NCBI GenBank assembly: GCA_964016885.1
Contig: OZ024753.1
Location: forward strand, 14,074,001-14,138,000
From: Eledone cirrhosa
Taxonomy: Eukaryota
Reading direction: 5' to 3'
Length of the DNA: 64,000 bases
Made by a program: the position numbers and the translations under genes. Positions 1 through 13,585 of this stretch are shown one piece after another. The notes beneath the pieces were generated by a model. That model did no database searches. It was given only the letters and a program-made list of their open reading frames with translations, and was not told the origin of the DNA. The stretch's first letter is position 1, and every line of letters starts with the position of its first letter.

Positions 1-364
1 AAAGCATAGCAGGAGTGGTGTTTAAAATAGTATATGAAAATTTAGTACTTCTGTGCATCCATACATTAACAGTCATTAAAATTACAAGATATTTTTTAGT
101 TTTCAAATTGACAAGAAAAGTCTAATATTTAGTCAATCATGCAATGGGTGTATAAAAATATACAAAAAAAAAAAAAAATAACAAAAAGGATTGATAATTT
201 CGTAATAATTCAAGTTTGAAATTAATTCTTAATAAGATTTTCACCAGTATATAAAAATAATAGTAAAACACTAGTATTGATCTTATTTATAGTATCATAA
301 AATACATTGATATCAATAAACAAATATAGAAAGATAGATAATTAGACAATTATTTTGGGGTGAC

Positions 365-795
365 CTAACTCTTTAGGATATAAACTGGCTGTATCCGGCC
401 AGAATTTTCTTGCCTCCTGTTCAAACCAGCTGTAACTGACCGCTCATACTTATGCTAAGGTATTGTTCTCAACATGAATAATATCAAAATCTCGTAGATT
501 CCATATTATGTGAGATAAAGCATTTACCATGAAAATACAATGGTAAATATAGAGTAATGTAAAGAAGGGTTAAAGATTAATCTTTTTGTTACAAATATTT
601 CTAATGAAAGACACTGTTTTCAGACAATTTAGAAAATCTCGAATAACTAACCTTCTCATACTGATGTTAAGGTATTGTTCTCAAAATAACTAATATCAAA
701 ATCTCAAAGTCGATATTATGTGAGTTAATTATGGTAAAGCCTTTACTATGAAAATATAAAAGTAAATATAGAGTCATGTAAATGGTAAACGGTTG
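365..795. mobile_element. Decayed copies of a TTAA-flanked MITE family (same as 8573-9130)
   Basis: Shared internal motifs (ggccagaatt, gtattgttctcaaaata, gatattatgtgag, ctttaccatgaaaat) and an aagggttaa end near 575. Confidence 0.55.
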
Positions 796-1816
796 AATAG
801 ATTTATATATTGGAATGTTCAGTGAAAGAGTATAAAAAATATACACGTCATTATAGTGTTATAATTGTTATTAATTTAAATTAGCGGAACTGAAGGTAGC
901 TATTATAGGTAAATAATTAAATTACAAATTTATTCTGTATCTAGATATAAAGTGAAGATACATGTGTTGCCTTGAGTGTATGTGTGTGTGTGTGTGTGTT
1001 GAGTATGTATGTGTTTAGTATGTGTGTGTTGAATGTGTGTATGTATATGTATGTGTCTCGAGTGTGTCTTGAATGTCTGTCTTTGTATGTATCTGTGTCT
1101 TGTGTGTGTATGTATACGTGTCTCGTGTGTGTGTATGTATGTGTATCTTGTCTTGAGCGTGTGTGTGTCTCCTATCCCTTACCTTCATTCGTTCATTTAG
1201 CCCCTTATTCACTGACTCACTCAACCTCTCTCTTTCTCTCATCCCTCACAAATATTTAGCAAGATGCTTTTCAAGCTTGGAACTACGCAAGTCAGTTAAA
1301 GAAAACAGTTGCCCATTTACAGGTTATTAAATGCATTTTATTTATGTATATTTCTTTTCTAGCTTCACAGCGTGTGCATTTGTTTGTCATAACTAACTTA
1401 TTATTTTTATTATTATAGTGGTTGTCTTTCCTTTTTTTTTTTTTTGCATTTGCACAACAGCACAAAGGCAAGGGTGAAATAATTGACTGAATTTGTCTCC
1501 AGTACTTCCTTGGTACTTCTATATTTTACACTACCCCCTCTCTCCTGTCCCCCAGCAGAAGCTTGGTACTTCTATATTTTATATTACCCCCTCTCCTGTC
1601 CCCCAGCAGAAGCTTCAAAGTCAATACTGACACTTGTGATATCCAGGAATATAACAATGCTTTGAGTAACTTTATCCAGAATCATTATCTATCACAAGCA
1701 CTGCCAGCATCTTAATCAATATATTGAGCTTCACAGATCAGGGATTGATCAGAGGTAAATTAACACGCTTCACCTAGCAACCAAGTGCTAGAGAAACCTT
1801 ATAAAAGGGAGAAAAA

Positions 1817-1854
<38 letters not shown>

Positions 1855-2255
1855 GGCGGTATATAAGGTGGATTGGCAGTATCGGTAGAGGGTTGGATGC
1901 TATGCTTTGATGCGTAGAGTTACGGCCCTTGCCATTCTGAGTTCAAATCCCGCCGAGGTTAACTTTGCCTTTCATCCTTACGGGGTCGATAAAATAAAGT
2001 ACCAGTAATGCACTGGGTAATTGCTGGTCTTGTGCCAATAGTAGAAACAATTATTATTATTATGGTGGTGAATGGGCAGTATCGGTACAGCATTGGGCAC
2101 GCTTTGTGGCATAGAGTTATGGCCCTTTATGTTCTGAGTTCAAATTCCACTGAGGGTCGATAAAATAAAGTACCAGTAATGCACTAGGATCGATTTAATC
2201 AACTTTCTCCTCCTACAAAATTGTTGGCCTTGTGCCTAAATCAGAAACTGTTATT
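1855..2255 (+). mobile_element. Two tRNA-derived SINE copies (family A)
   Basis: A-box tggcagtatcgg, B-box gagttcaaatcc, central gcctttcatccttacggggtcgataaa and an agaaacaatt(att)n tail. Other copies at about 3079-3268, 3397-3625, 8080-8268(-), 16285-16468, 26797-26977, 46136-46297(-), 46897-47087(-), 57199-57726, 58133-58318 and 58800-59016(-). Confidence 0.85.
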
Positions 2256-2385
2256 ACACTTGTCGTGATGTGTGTTTGAGCGACGAACATTTTATTCCAA
2301 ACAACCTTAACTATGGAAGAACATTGAAGACATGATTGAACTCTTTAACAGAATGTTATGAAGATTTATCTATGAAGATCTAATA

Positions 2386-2990
2386 GTGAATAGCACAAGT
2401 AGTACCTGTGTCAACATCACCATGAACGGACATTTATTGGAGGAAGTGTACAGTTTGAAATACTTGGGAGAAGTCTTGTCAAAAGATGGCACCTGCAATG
2501 CAGAAATCCACACGGATTGCTGCAGCTATGGCAGTGATGGTCAAATTGACAAGAATATGGAGGAGCAACATCAGTTTTCAGACCAAATACAGATTGTACA
2601 AATCGCTGGTAGTCTCCGTCCTTCTATATGGGTGCAAGACCTGGACACTTTTGGTAGAAACAGAAAGAAGGATCCAGGCTTTTGAGGACAAATGCATGAG
2701 AAAGGTTGAAAGTTTTGTGGGTCACCAGGAACCTCTCCTTGCCACTGTCAAGAGGAGGAGACTGGTATGGTTTGGTCACATCACACGACGTGACAGCCTG
2801 TGCAAGACCATCATGCAAGGCACCATTGAAGGGGGATGCAGGAAGGGGACACCAGCACAAAAACTGGTTGGACAATGTCAAAGAATGGATGCAAATGACA
2901 ATACCAGACTATTTTGAATGTTTGCTGCTGCTACATTCAGATCCCCCTGATGACTACAAAAGTCAAGGGACTGATAATTATGATGATGAT
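2386..2990 (+). mobile_element. 5'-truncated, frameshifted RTE (BovB-like) LINE 3' end
   Basis: LEEVYSLKYLG, YKSLVVSVLLYGCKTWTL and RRRLVWFGHITRRDSL motifs; (tga)n tail. Confidence 0.85.
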
Positions 2991-3909
2991 ATTTTTGTAT
3001 CAAAATAGAAATAAAAACAATGATTGACTGTAGAATTTCTATGGATGCCGCCAGCTGTCCATTATTGAGGCAATAAAAGGGCGGTGGATTGGCAGTATCG
3101 GTAGAGGGTCGGACGCCATGCTTTCCAGCATAGTTACGTCCCTTTACGATCTGAGTTCAAATCCCGCCGTGGTTAACTTTGCCTTTCATGCTTACGGGGT
3201 CGATAAAATAAAGTACCAGTAATGCACTGGGTAATTGCTGGCCTTGTGCCTAAAGTAGAAACAATTATTGAGGCAATAGAAATAGCTAATTCATTGGAAT
3301 GTCTTGACATGGTTGATCTAACCCCAATGAAACACACTGCATATGACTTTCAAATCATTTTGAAAATAATAAAGAACTTTCCCCATTATTAAACTAGGGC
3401 AGAGGGTTGGCAGAATCGGTAGAGCTTTGGACAACATGCTTTGTGTCTTATAGTTACAGCCCTTTATGTTCTGAGTTCAAATCCTGCCTGGGTTAGTTTT
3501 GACTTTCATCCTTATGGGGACAATAAAATAAAGCACCAGTAATGCACTGGGGTCAATTGAATCACCCCCCCCCCCCCCAAAAAAAAAAGAATTGTTGGTC
3601 TCGTGCCTAAATCAGGCACCATTATTAAGCTAGTGCTTGGATCATAACTTAACAAAGGTTCTTACATAAAATTATAATGGAAGGTTTAAATTTTAATCAG
3701 AACACTTTGTTTTATACGAAGGTTAGTAAATGAAGTACCAGTAATATACTGGTGGTGATTCTCTCAATTATGCTCTTCCTCCTTAAATACCTTTGTGCCA
3801 ATTTAAGCAATTTGTTTTACACACATTTTTATTTCATGTATGCATGTTTGCAGTGACTCATATACTGGGCAAATTAGGTTTTTATAACTGATTGTCTTTT
3901 CATACTAAC

Positions 3910-4700
3910 AACCACTTAACTGTGGTATGTGAGTGGTAGTCTCACCTCACTAACGATCTGTGAAATGTGAGTGAAGCTCTTACCTTACTAACGACCATTC
4001 AACTCTGGAGTGTTGAGTGGATGTCTTACTTTACTAATAACCACTCAACTCTGGAGTGTTGAGTGGACGTCTTACCTTACTAACGACCACTCAATTCGAG
4101 TGTGAGTGGATGTCTTACCTTACCAATGACCACTCAATTCGAGTGTGAGTGGATGTCTTACCTTACTAAGGACCACTCAGCTCAAATGTGAGTGGAGGTC
4201 TTACCTTACTAACGACCATTCAACTCTGGAGTGTTGAGTGGATGTCTTACTTTACTAATAACCACTCAACTCTGGAGTGTTGAGTGGATGTCTTACCTTA
4301 CTAATGACCACTCAATTCGAGTGTGAGTGGATGTCTTACCTTACTAACGACCACTCAATTCGAGTGTGAGTGGATGTCTTACCTTACCAATGACCACTCA
4401 ATTCGAGTGTGAGTCTTACCTTACTAATGACCACTCATCTTGAATGTGAGTGGAGGTCTTACCTTACTAATGACCATTCAACTCTGGAGTGTTGAGTAGA
4501 TGTCTTACCTTAATAACGACCACTCAATTTGAGTGTGAGTGGACATCTTATCTTTCTAACGGCCACTCAATTCGAGTGAGTTGACGTCTTATCTTTCTAA
4601 CACCCACTCAATTCGAGTGGGTGGATGTCTTACTTTACTAACGACACCACTCAACTCTGGAGTATGAGTGGACATCTTTCCTATTAACGACCACGTAACT
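3910..4700. repeat. Minisatellite, about 43-48 bp unit (gagtggatgtcttaccttactaacgaccactcaattc...)
   Basis: Tandem units visible directly; each contains the inverted motif gagtgg/ccactc. Confidence 0.85.
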
Positions 4701-4861
4701 TTACATATCAATTGAAGGAGAGGTGAATGGTGGATGTAGAAGCAGTGAAAAGATAGAGCAGAGATTCTTATATGAAGTCTTATTATGAACTTAATGATCA
4801 AGAAAGACTGAAATGTTGATATTATATCTCTACATCTCCACCTCCACGCAACACATCAGAG

Positions 4862-5045
4862 ACAGCCCATCATCTCCATCAATGGAAAATGAAAGACAAC
4901 CCAGCATGTGACTGTGGGGAACCTAGCAGACAATGTTGCATGTTATTAGGGATTGCTCCCTCAGATGTTTTCCCAGCAGCCTGGAATTAATCCATAATAC
5001 TACAAATAACACCTTAGTCTGGCTCACCAATCTGAATCTGTTTCT
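4862..5045 (+). mobile_element. Decayed I/Ingi-like LINE 3' end with CCHC knuckle
   Basis: Translates approximately as HLHQWKMKDNPACDCGEP*..TMLHVIRDCSLRCFP...WLTNLNL (C-x-C...H-x4-C). Confidence 0.55.
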
Positions 5046-5052
5046 CAAACCA

Positions 5053-5475
5053 TTAACCCTTTAGCATTTACATTACTCTATATTTACTATTGTATTTTGT
5101 GGTAAAGGCTTTACCTCACATAATATCTCTCATAGCATTTACATTACTCTATATTTACTATTGTATTTTTGTGGTAAATGCTTTACCTCACATAATATCT
5201 CTCATTGCATTTACATTACTCTATATTTACTATTGTATTTTTGTGGTAAATGCTTTACCTCACATAATATCTCTCATAGCATTTACATTACTCTATATTT
5301 ACTATTGTATTTTGTGGTAAAGGCCTTTACCTCACATAATATCTCACATAATATCGAATCTATGAATTTTGATATTATTTATTACGAGAAAAATACCTTA
5401 ATTTTGGTATGAGTGGCTGGTTATGGCCAGTTTGAACAGAAAGAGGTGAGAGAATTCTGGCCAGTTACAGCCAAA
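5053..5475. mobile_element. TTAA-CCCTTTAG MITE copy with internal ~72 bp tandem expansion
   Basis: Begins ttaaccctttagcattt; reverse complement of 8573-9130; about four tandem units. Confidence 0.65.
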
Positions 5476-6004
5476 TATGTCATACGACAAGAAGACTACC
5501 ATCATTGTTTTTACATCCTTTTTTTTTTAATGGGTTGACAGGTCTTTTCTTATACATCAATTTATCATGATCCTTTGACATCTCTTTCATGAGGCTTAGG
5601 CCCTTGAGGTCTTCACTTCTTTGTTTCCTGTCTTCCTCAGTCTCCCTCTACAGCTGACATCCTCTATACATATCCATACAAACACAGTCTTCTCCCTTGC
5701 ACACATCATCGGATTCCTCTTTCAACTCAGTTGTGCTCTGTTATTCATGAACTCTCAACATTTCACATTTAGTGGAGTGTGCTTGCCTCCTACCCAACCG
5801 TCACATATCCTTCACATTCAAGGCCCACATTTCTTGATCATACAGCATTTCTTGATCATACAGCACCACATTTTATGTATACATTTCATGTCCTCCCTTC
5901 ACTTTCATTAAAAGCCATTTGTTTCCAGCAGAATTAATAATGGAACTTTTCCTTTCCCATTCATCTGTTTACATTCTGGCAATTTCAGTCTTGGAACACT
6001 ACCT

Positions 6005-6840
6005 CCACTGCTAATTAGGTCACTCCATTACCACCACTGCTAATTAGGCCACCTCATCACCCCACTGTGAATTAGGTCATCACACTGCCCAGTGATAATT
6101 AGGTCACCGCACTACCTTCATTGCTAATTATGTCATCCCACCACCCCCATTGCTAATTAGGTCACCCAACTACCCCCACTGCTAATTAGTTCATCCCACT
6201 ACGCACTGTTAATGAGGTCACTGCACCACCGCCACTGTTAATTAGGTCACCACATTACCCCCATTGTTAATTAGGTCACCTCATTATCCCCCACTACTAA
6301 TTAGGTCGTCCCACAACCTCCATTGTTAATTAGGTCACCTAAACAACTGCCATCAACTATTTCAAAGGAACCTCATTTTACCACCTCACAATCATCTCTT
6401 GACCTCATTTTATCCACCTCACTATGGTCTCTTGATCTCATTTCACCTCACTGTGGCCTGTTGACTTCATTTCACCACCACACCATGGTCTGTTGACTTC
6501 ATTTCACCACTACACCATGGTCTGTTGACTTCATTTCACCACTACACCATGGTCTGTTGACCTCATTTAACTTCACTGTGGCCTGTTGATCTCATTTCAC
6601 CACCACACCATGGTCTGTTGACTTCATTTCACCACTACACCATGGTCTGTTGACTTCATTTCACCATCACACTATGGTCTGTTGACTTCATTTCACCACC
6701 ACACCATGGTCTCTTGACCTCATTTCACCTCACTATTGTCTTTTGACCTCACTATGCCTGTTGACCTCATTTCACCTCACTATGCCTGTCAACCTCATTT
6801 CACCACCACACCTAACTCCACCTTACCTGGTCTCACCTCA
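6005..6840. repeat. Two adjacent minisatellites (~30 bp ctgctaattaggtcacc unit; ~34 bp tctgttgacttcatttcaccactacaccatgg unit)
   Basis: Tandem units visible; they lie within a decayed minus-strand RTE piece (about 5500-6900). Confidence 0.8.
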
Positions 6841-7937
6841 TTACACAACACTGTCTTTTATGTTGCTTCTAGAAATGTCCTTTTGTGTCTCAAGTAAGTC
6901 AGCTTTCTAGCAAATTACAGCTGGTGTTGATTGTAACTTAGAAATCCTTATATTGACAAAAATATCATCATCATCATTCATTGTTCTCCCTGCCGGCATT
7001 ATTAAGTGATGATGATGATGGTAACTTAGAAATCCTTATATTGACAAAAATATCACCATCATCAATACTGGCATTAAATGATGATGATATTGATACATTT
7101 ATCAATATAATGATTTTAAGTTAAAATCCACAAAAGCTCTCCCCATGAATGGAAGGGTTTTCATCAAAATCATTAAAACCGTGACCATCCTGTCTTTTTA
7201 AGTATACATCTTCGATTAGCTTATTCAGTGTTTCTTGAAGATAATAGTGTGTGATTTGACTACTGTTTCTAACGTGTTCAGTGACCATGTAGAAAATCCT
7301 TCTTCAAATGAAAACAAAATGTATTAACAAGAATGAATTTCAGATTTATCACATTGACGTGGTCAGTTGATCTACTAGAAACAACAACAAAAGATAGATA
7401 TATACATACATTTTTTTTAGAAATTGCTAGTAGTTAGAGCTTACAATCGTGAGGTTGTAAGGTCGATTCTTAGACTGGGTGATGCATTGTATCCTTAAGC
7501 AAAGCACTTTATATCACGTTGCTCCAATTTACTCAGCTGTAGAAATGAGTTGCGACATCACTGGTGCCAAGCTGTATTGGCCATTGCCTTTCCCTTAGAC
7601 AACATTAGTGGCATGGAGAGGGGAGACTGGCATGCATGGGTGACTACTGGTCTTCCAAACAACCTTGCCCGGGCTTGTGCCTCTAGGTGCAAATCCCATG
7701 GTCATTTGAAGGGGGTTTTTACCTTTACCCTTTATATATATATATACTGATTAGTTTTCTCGTTTTGGTATTGTATGGCTGGGTTTTGCCTGCCGCAATT
7801 TTCAATTTGTCAAGCTATCTAAACGTAGTGTTATTACTCTGAGGACCTACCCTTATTGAGTGCTTTGCTACTCATTCCTAATTGTAGCTCGATTTTGCTT
7901 GGCCACAGGCAAAGCTTCGACTTTACTAAGCTTCCAC

Positions 7938-8005
<68 letters not shown>

Positions 8006-8572
8006 TGACATACATAGATAGATATATACATAGATATATATACTGACATACATACATACGTACATACGTAGATACATATTTGTTTCTACTTTAGGCACAA
8101 GGCCAGCAATTACCCAGTGCATTACTGGTACTTTATTTTATCGACCCCGTAAGGATGAAAGGCAAAGTCAACCTCGGCGGGATTTGAACTCAGATCGTAA
8201 AGGGACGTAACTCTATGCTGGAAAGCATGGCGTCCGACCCTCTACCGATACTGCCAATCCACCGCCCTCTAATTGTTTCTACTTTAGGCACAAGGCCAGC
8301 AATACGTAGATACATAATGACATATATACATATGTGCATACGTACATACATATGTACTTACATACATATATACATACATAATAAAACCAGAACATACATA
8401 CATATAGGATGGCTGCAACTCAATTTTGAGTAATGCCATCGCTTGATACTTAAGCATAAGCATCATGGATGCAGCTTTTTAGTCCAGGTAGGTCCTGCCT
8501 ATGGCCAGCAATACCATGCATCCCCCAAAAATGTCACATATCAAGCGATGGCTGTGCTTTAAACTTTTTTAA

Positions 8573-9130
8573 CCCTTTAATGTTCAAACCGGCCAAAAAC
8601 CGGCCAGAATTCTCTACCTCTTCCTGTTGAAACAGGCTGTAATTGGCCACTCATACTGATGTTACGGTATTGTTCTCAAAATAAATACTTTCAAAATCTC
8701 ATAGATTCGATATTATGTGAGGTAAAGCCTTTACCATGAAAATATAATAGTATATATAGAGTAATGTGAATGTTATGTGAGATATTATGTGAGGTAAAGC
8801 CTTTACCATGAAAATATAATAGTATATATAGAGTAATGTGAATGTTATGTGAGATATTATGTGATGTAAAGCCTTTACCATGAAAATATAATAGTATATA
8901 TAGAGTTATGTGAGATATTATGTGAGGTAAAGCCTTTACCATGAAAATATAATAGTATATATAGAGTAATGTGAATGTTATGTGAGATATTATGTGAGGT
9001 AAAGCCTTTACCATGAAAATATAATAGTATATATAGAGTAATGTGAATGTTATGTGAGATAATTATGTGAGGTAAAGCCTTTACCATGAAAATATAATAG
9101 TATATATAGAGTAATGTGAATGCTAAAGGG
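8573..9130. mobile_element. piggyBac-type MITE with internal ~72 bp tandem repeat
   Basis: TTAA on both sides (8569-8572 and 9131-9134); imperfect 14-bp TIR ccctttaatgttca / tgaatgctaaaggg. Further copies at about 19510-19700 and 55570-55650. Confidence 0.7.
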
Positions 9131-9519
9131 TTAAGTGAGGAAAGACTTTGCACGGAGCCAATCCCATTCTCTGAACATCGCATTTACCCAGAAGTATTGA
9201 TCTACATGATTAGATGCAAATGAAGTCGCAGATTATATATCAGATTGTCCTTCTCCTAGACAGCTGTCTTAATGAGGACGAGGAGTCTCAGCCCCCCCCC
9301 CCCCCCCTCCCCTAAAAAACTTTATTGGATGTCCGTTCACCCTCCTGAGTTCCTTTGCTCTTTTACGGGTTTTGTTTTTCATCCCACAGGGTGTCCAAAA
9401 TCATCTTCGTCACCAAGCATGCTTGGTGGGGTTGCCGGTTTAGTCGCCGATGACTCAACCATTCACAGGTTGTACTGAGTTACCTGTTACCAGTAGCGCT
9501 GAAGAGTGACCTGACATAC

Positions 9520-9662
9520 ATACATATACATAAAACCAGAACATACACACACACACTAAAACCAGAACATACACAGATACACACACACTAAGACCAGAAC
9601 ATACACAGATACACACACACTAAGACCAGAACATACAGACACACACACACACTAAAACCAGA

Positions 9663-9694
<32 letters not shown>

Positions 9695-10049
9695 ACCAGA
9701 ACATACACACACACACTAAAACCAGAACATACAGATACACACACACACACACACACTAAAACCAGAACATACACATACACACACACACTAAAACCAGAAC
9801 ATACAGATACACACACACACTAAAACCAGAACATACACATACACACACACACTAAAACCAGAACATACAGATACACACACACACACACTAAAACCAGAAC
9901 ACATACACACAGATACACACACATGCACTAAAACCAGAACGCATACACACACACACACACACTAAAACCAGACATACACACAGATACACACACACACACT
10001 AAAACCAGAACACATACACACAGATACACACACATGCACTAAAACCAGA

Positions 10050-10081
<32 letters not shown>

Positions 10082-10115
10082 CAAACCAGACATACACACA
10101 CACACACACACACAC
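9520..10115. repeat. Compound (CA)n minisatellite punctuated by ctaaaaccagaa
   Basis: Direct observation. Confidence 0.9.
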
Positions 10116-10409
10116 ATAGAAATATTTTTTCTATCGATTTTTATCTGATTCAGATCTCAAGATGTTGGTTGATATATCCAACAGCTGTTTCTCTCTATAG
10201 ATGTGTATCTGAGTATATATAACATCATCATCATCATCATCATCTTCGTTTACCGTCCATCTTCCACGCTAGCATGGGTATATATATATATATATGTTTG
10301 CTTGTGTGTATATGTGTAATGATGTACAACACACAGTCTATCTATAACAATGTGTCAATATGTATGTATATTTGTGTTATGCATGTGTATATGTATGCAT
10401 ATGTCATGA

Positions 10410-11200
10410 TCATCATCACCGTTTTACGTCCGTTCTTCCACGCTAGCATGGGTTAGACGGGTTGTCCTGTTGTGGGCAGTGTCCGGTCGGCTGACCTTAT
10501 CTTGCTCATACGGGAACTGATTCTGGCTTGATTTCTACAGCTGGATGCCCTTCCTAACACCAACCTCATTTACAGTGAGTGCTGGGTGCTTTTTTTCCGT
10601 GGCACCTCCACGACCACTTTGCAGTGGAATGATATGGACTCCAGTCCCTATCATCTCATTATACTACAGCTGAGTAAACTGGAGTGTGGGCTGGGTGCTT
10701 TTTTGCTGTGACACCTCCATGACCACTTTGCAGTGTGGGCTGGGTGCTTTTTTGCTGTGACACCTCCATGACCACTTTACAGTGTGGGCTGGGTGCTTTT
10801 TTGCTGTGACACCTCCATGACCACTTTGCAGTGTGGGCTGGGTGCTTTTTTGCTGTGACACCTCCATGACCACTTTGCAGTGTGGGCTGGGTGCTTTTTT
10901 GCTGTGACACCTCCATGACCACTTTGCAGTGTGGGCTGGGTGCTTTTTTGCTGTGACACCTCCATGACCACTTTACAGTGTGGGCTGGGTGCTTTTTTGC
11001 AGTGTGGGCTGGGTGCTTTTTTGCTGTGACACCTCCATGACCACTTTACAGTGTGGGCTGGGTGCTTTTTTGCTGTGACACCTCCATGACCACTTTACAG
11101 TGTGGGCTGGGTGCTTTTTTGCTGTGACACCTCCATGACCACTTTACAGTGTGGGCTGGGTGCTTTTTTGCTGTGGCACCTCCATGACCCACTTTGCAGT
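10410..11200 (-). repeat. SINE family B fragment with a 49-bp internal segment amplified about ten times
   Basis: Unit gtgtgggctgggtgcttttttgctgtgacacctccatgaccactttgca matches the SINE B interior. Confidence 0.85.
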
Positions 11201-11720
11201 GGGAGGGTGTGGGGGTATATTGTCTATATGCTTCAGCTTGTACCCGTGGAGGGTCGGGTATTCTGTATTACTGCGTGACGTATGTGTGGATATATATATA
11301 TCTGTGTGTGTGTATCATCATCATCATCTTCGTCTTCGTTTAACGTCCATCTTCCACGCTAGCATGGGTTTAGACGGGAGTTGTCCCACATGAGGCAAGG
11401 TTGGTCGGGCGACCGTGTCTCGCTCGTATAGGACTGTATCTGGCAGGTTTTCTATGGCTGGATGCCCTTCCTAACACCAACCACATTTACAGTGTGGAAC
11501 TGGGAACTTTTTACCGTGTTACCCACACGGCCACATTATAGCGTGAACTGTGTGTTTTTTGTATATATATATATATATATATATATACTTACAGTAAATA
11601 TTGATGCAATTCAATTCAAGCACTCTACGTACTTTTTCACATCGGAATGACGGAGTATATATAGAATAAGAAAATGCGAAGTAGTTTCAGATGTTAAAGT
11701 TAAAGTCCTTTATTGGTAAG

Positions 11721-11794
11721 GCTCCGATACATATTCTAATGACGACACTGGCCACGTATTCCGCGTACTCAGTGCCATGATCTCATCAGACAGC
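11721..11794 (-). ncRNA. Decayed long-stem-II hammerhead motif (mirror copy at 11928-12002 on +)
   Basis: gctgt-CTGATGA-long stem (catggcactg/cagtgtcgtc)-degenerate GAAA-tatgtatc-acagc, within a fold-back at 11656-12060. Confidence 0.5.
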
Positions 11795-12105
11795 TTCTTA
11801 CATAATAAGATTATGTTCTTGAGGTAATCAAAATTTAAACGACAAGGGAACGAACAACAATGATGTTTTTGAAGCCTTCGCCTGTTCCCTTGCATTACCT
11901 CGAGAATGTAATCTTATTATGTAAGAAGCTGTCTGATGAGATCATGACACTGATTAGGTGGAATCGTGTGGCCACTGTCGTCATTTAAATATGTATCACA
12001 GCTTTATCAATAAAGAACTTTAACATCTGAAACTACTTTGCATTTTCTTATTCTATATATATACACACACACACGTATCTATATGTGTATGTAAATGTGT
12101 GTCTT

Positions 12106-12137
<32 letters not shown>

Positions 12138-12292
12138 AATTTTGAGTATATGTTGGTTGTATACCAACACCTCAGTATGCAGATTGGAGCACTCGACGAA
12201 GTGCGCAGGTTGGTTTGGTTACTCCGGAGTAATGTAAAATAAAATAAAATAAAATAAATAAGTCAAATGTTTAAAATTTGGCTTTGTTTATT

Positions 12293-12347
12293 ACTGCTAT
12301 ATATATTTCGGTGACAGCCATCTTTGGCTGTGACCTCTTCAGGCAGT
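12293..12347 (-). ncRNA. Type I hammerhead ribozyme, family H1 (CUGAAGA core)
   Basis: actgc-CTGAAGA-ggtcacagcc aaagat ggctgtcacc-GAA-ATATATAT-A-gcagt. Confidence 0.85.
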
Positions 12348-13199
12348 CCGAATTAGTGTGGTAGAGACGAGTACACATGTTGTTGAGGTGTTTAACTTTG
12401 TCAATACTCTGATATGCCCAGTTCCTGGTTGGGTTGTTATTTCACTGAGGAACTGGAATCATTTGAATTCAAACAAACGAATTTCAGCGTCAAAGGGCCC
12501 CTTCTCCTCTCATTGGTCAGTTGTTAGAACATTCCTCAGTCAAAAGTCTATAGAAATTCGTTCTGAGGCAAGCCAATCTGTAGTTGTTGTTCTTGTTATT
12601 GTTAGGTACATCTGACCTCTATTCTTGCATTGGTAGTGGTGTTATTGTTGGAGTCAGCTCAAAAAAAAAGTGATAAAGTGGTATAAGGAATAAGATGTTA
12701 AAGGAACATTCCTTCTACCACTTTATCACTTTGCTTCATGGTATTTTTCCAGCCCTCTGCAACACTTGAGTTTACTGGGTGCATTTTATTGTAGATCAGT
12801 ACTTTTTGTCTTATTAAATTTTCCTTTTCTAATATTTAGATATTATCTAGCCCCAGATTAAAACTGACCTAGCAGTGACACCTATGGATCAAAGTTATTC
12901 CAGTCATGGCTATCTTGTTCTTTGTTTTTTATTTTTTATTGTATTCATTCTATATTTTTCCAGACTATATTATCCAGTGTGTTCATTTATATTTATTAAG
13001 GTAGTCATTTGATTTGAGGGTGATTTCACTGTTATCTCTAGTAGATTGAGTAACCACTTTAGCTAGTCAATTTCTTTTTCTTTATTTTCAGTAGTATGAT
13101 GTGAGTTGAAGGTGATTTAACTACCGTATCTAGCAAGTTCAGTGACTCCCAACAAAGCAATACTTTGTTGGCTGATCAATTTTTTTTTTCAAGGTAGGG

Positions 13200-13585
13200 G
13201 GTTAAAATATATACAAGTATCCTTGGAAGGGTCTTTGGAGTAACGTTACATGATAGTGTGTAGCTCATATATCAGAGAGTCACTCCAGGTAGAGCTGCTA
13301 CTTCTCTGAATTGAAAGGTCACAGCTGTGATATTATGGGTATGTGGTTAGAATGTTTCAAGAAAAAATTGCTGGACAGATTTTATGAGTAAAACCAACCA
13401 ACAGGAGACCCAGGGGTAGACCCTGAAGAAGATGGTTGGATAACATTCATGAGCTTGGCTAGTCTGGCTTGAGGATCCAGCTGGATCAGTTGGAGACGGT
13501 TGCTTCTGACAGGACCCGCTGAAAGGAGTGTTTGAGAACTCTGCATCCCATGACCATCTCAGGAATAAGTAGGTGAAGAAGATGT
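13200..13585 (+). mobile_element. Old RTE 3' fragment
   Basis: Remnants of LKYTSILG, QL*YYGYVVRM and RRPRGRP..RWLDNI motifs. Confidence 0.55.

Noticed and set aside
1855-2052. tRNA-like A and B boxes
   Set aside because: SINE heads with extended box spacing and no cloverleaf; not tRNA genes.
2940-2975. CTGATGA in a hairpin
   Set aside because: Part of the RTE 3' stem-loop; no GAAA or stem III, so not a hammerhead.
3910-4700. Palindromic tandem repeat resembling a CRISPR array
   Set aside because: No unique spacers, eukaryotic context and no cas genes.
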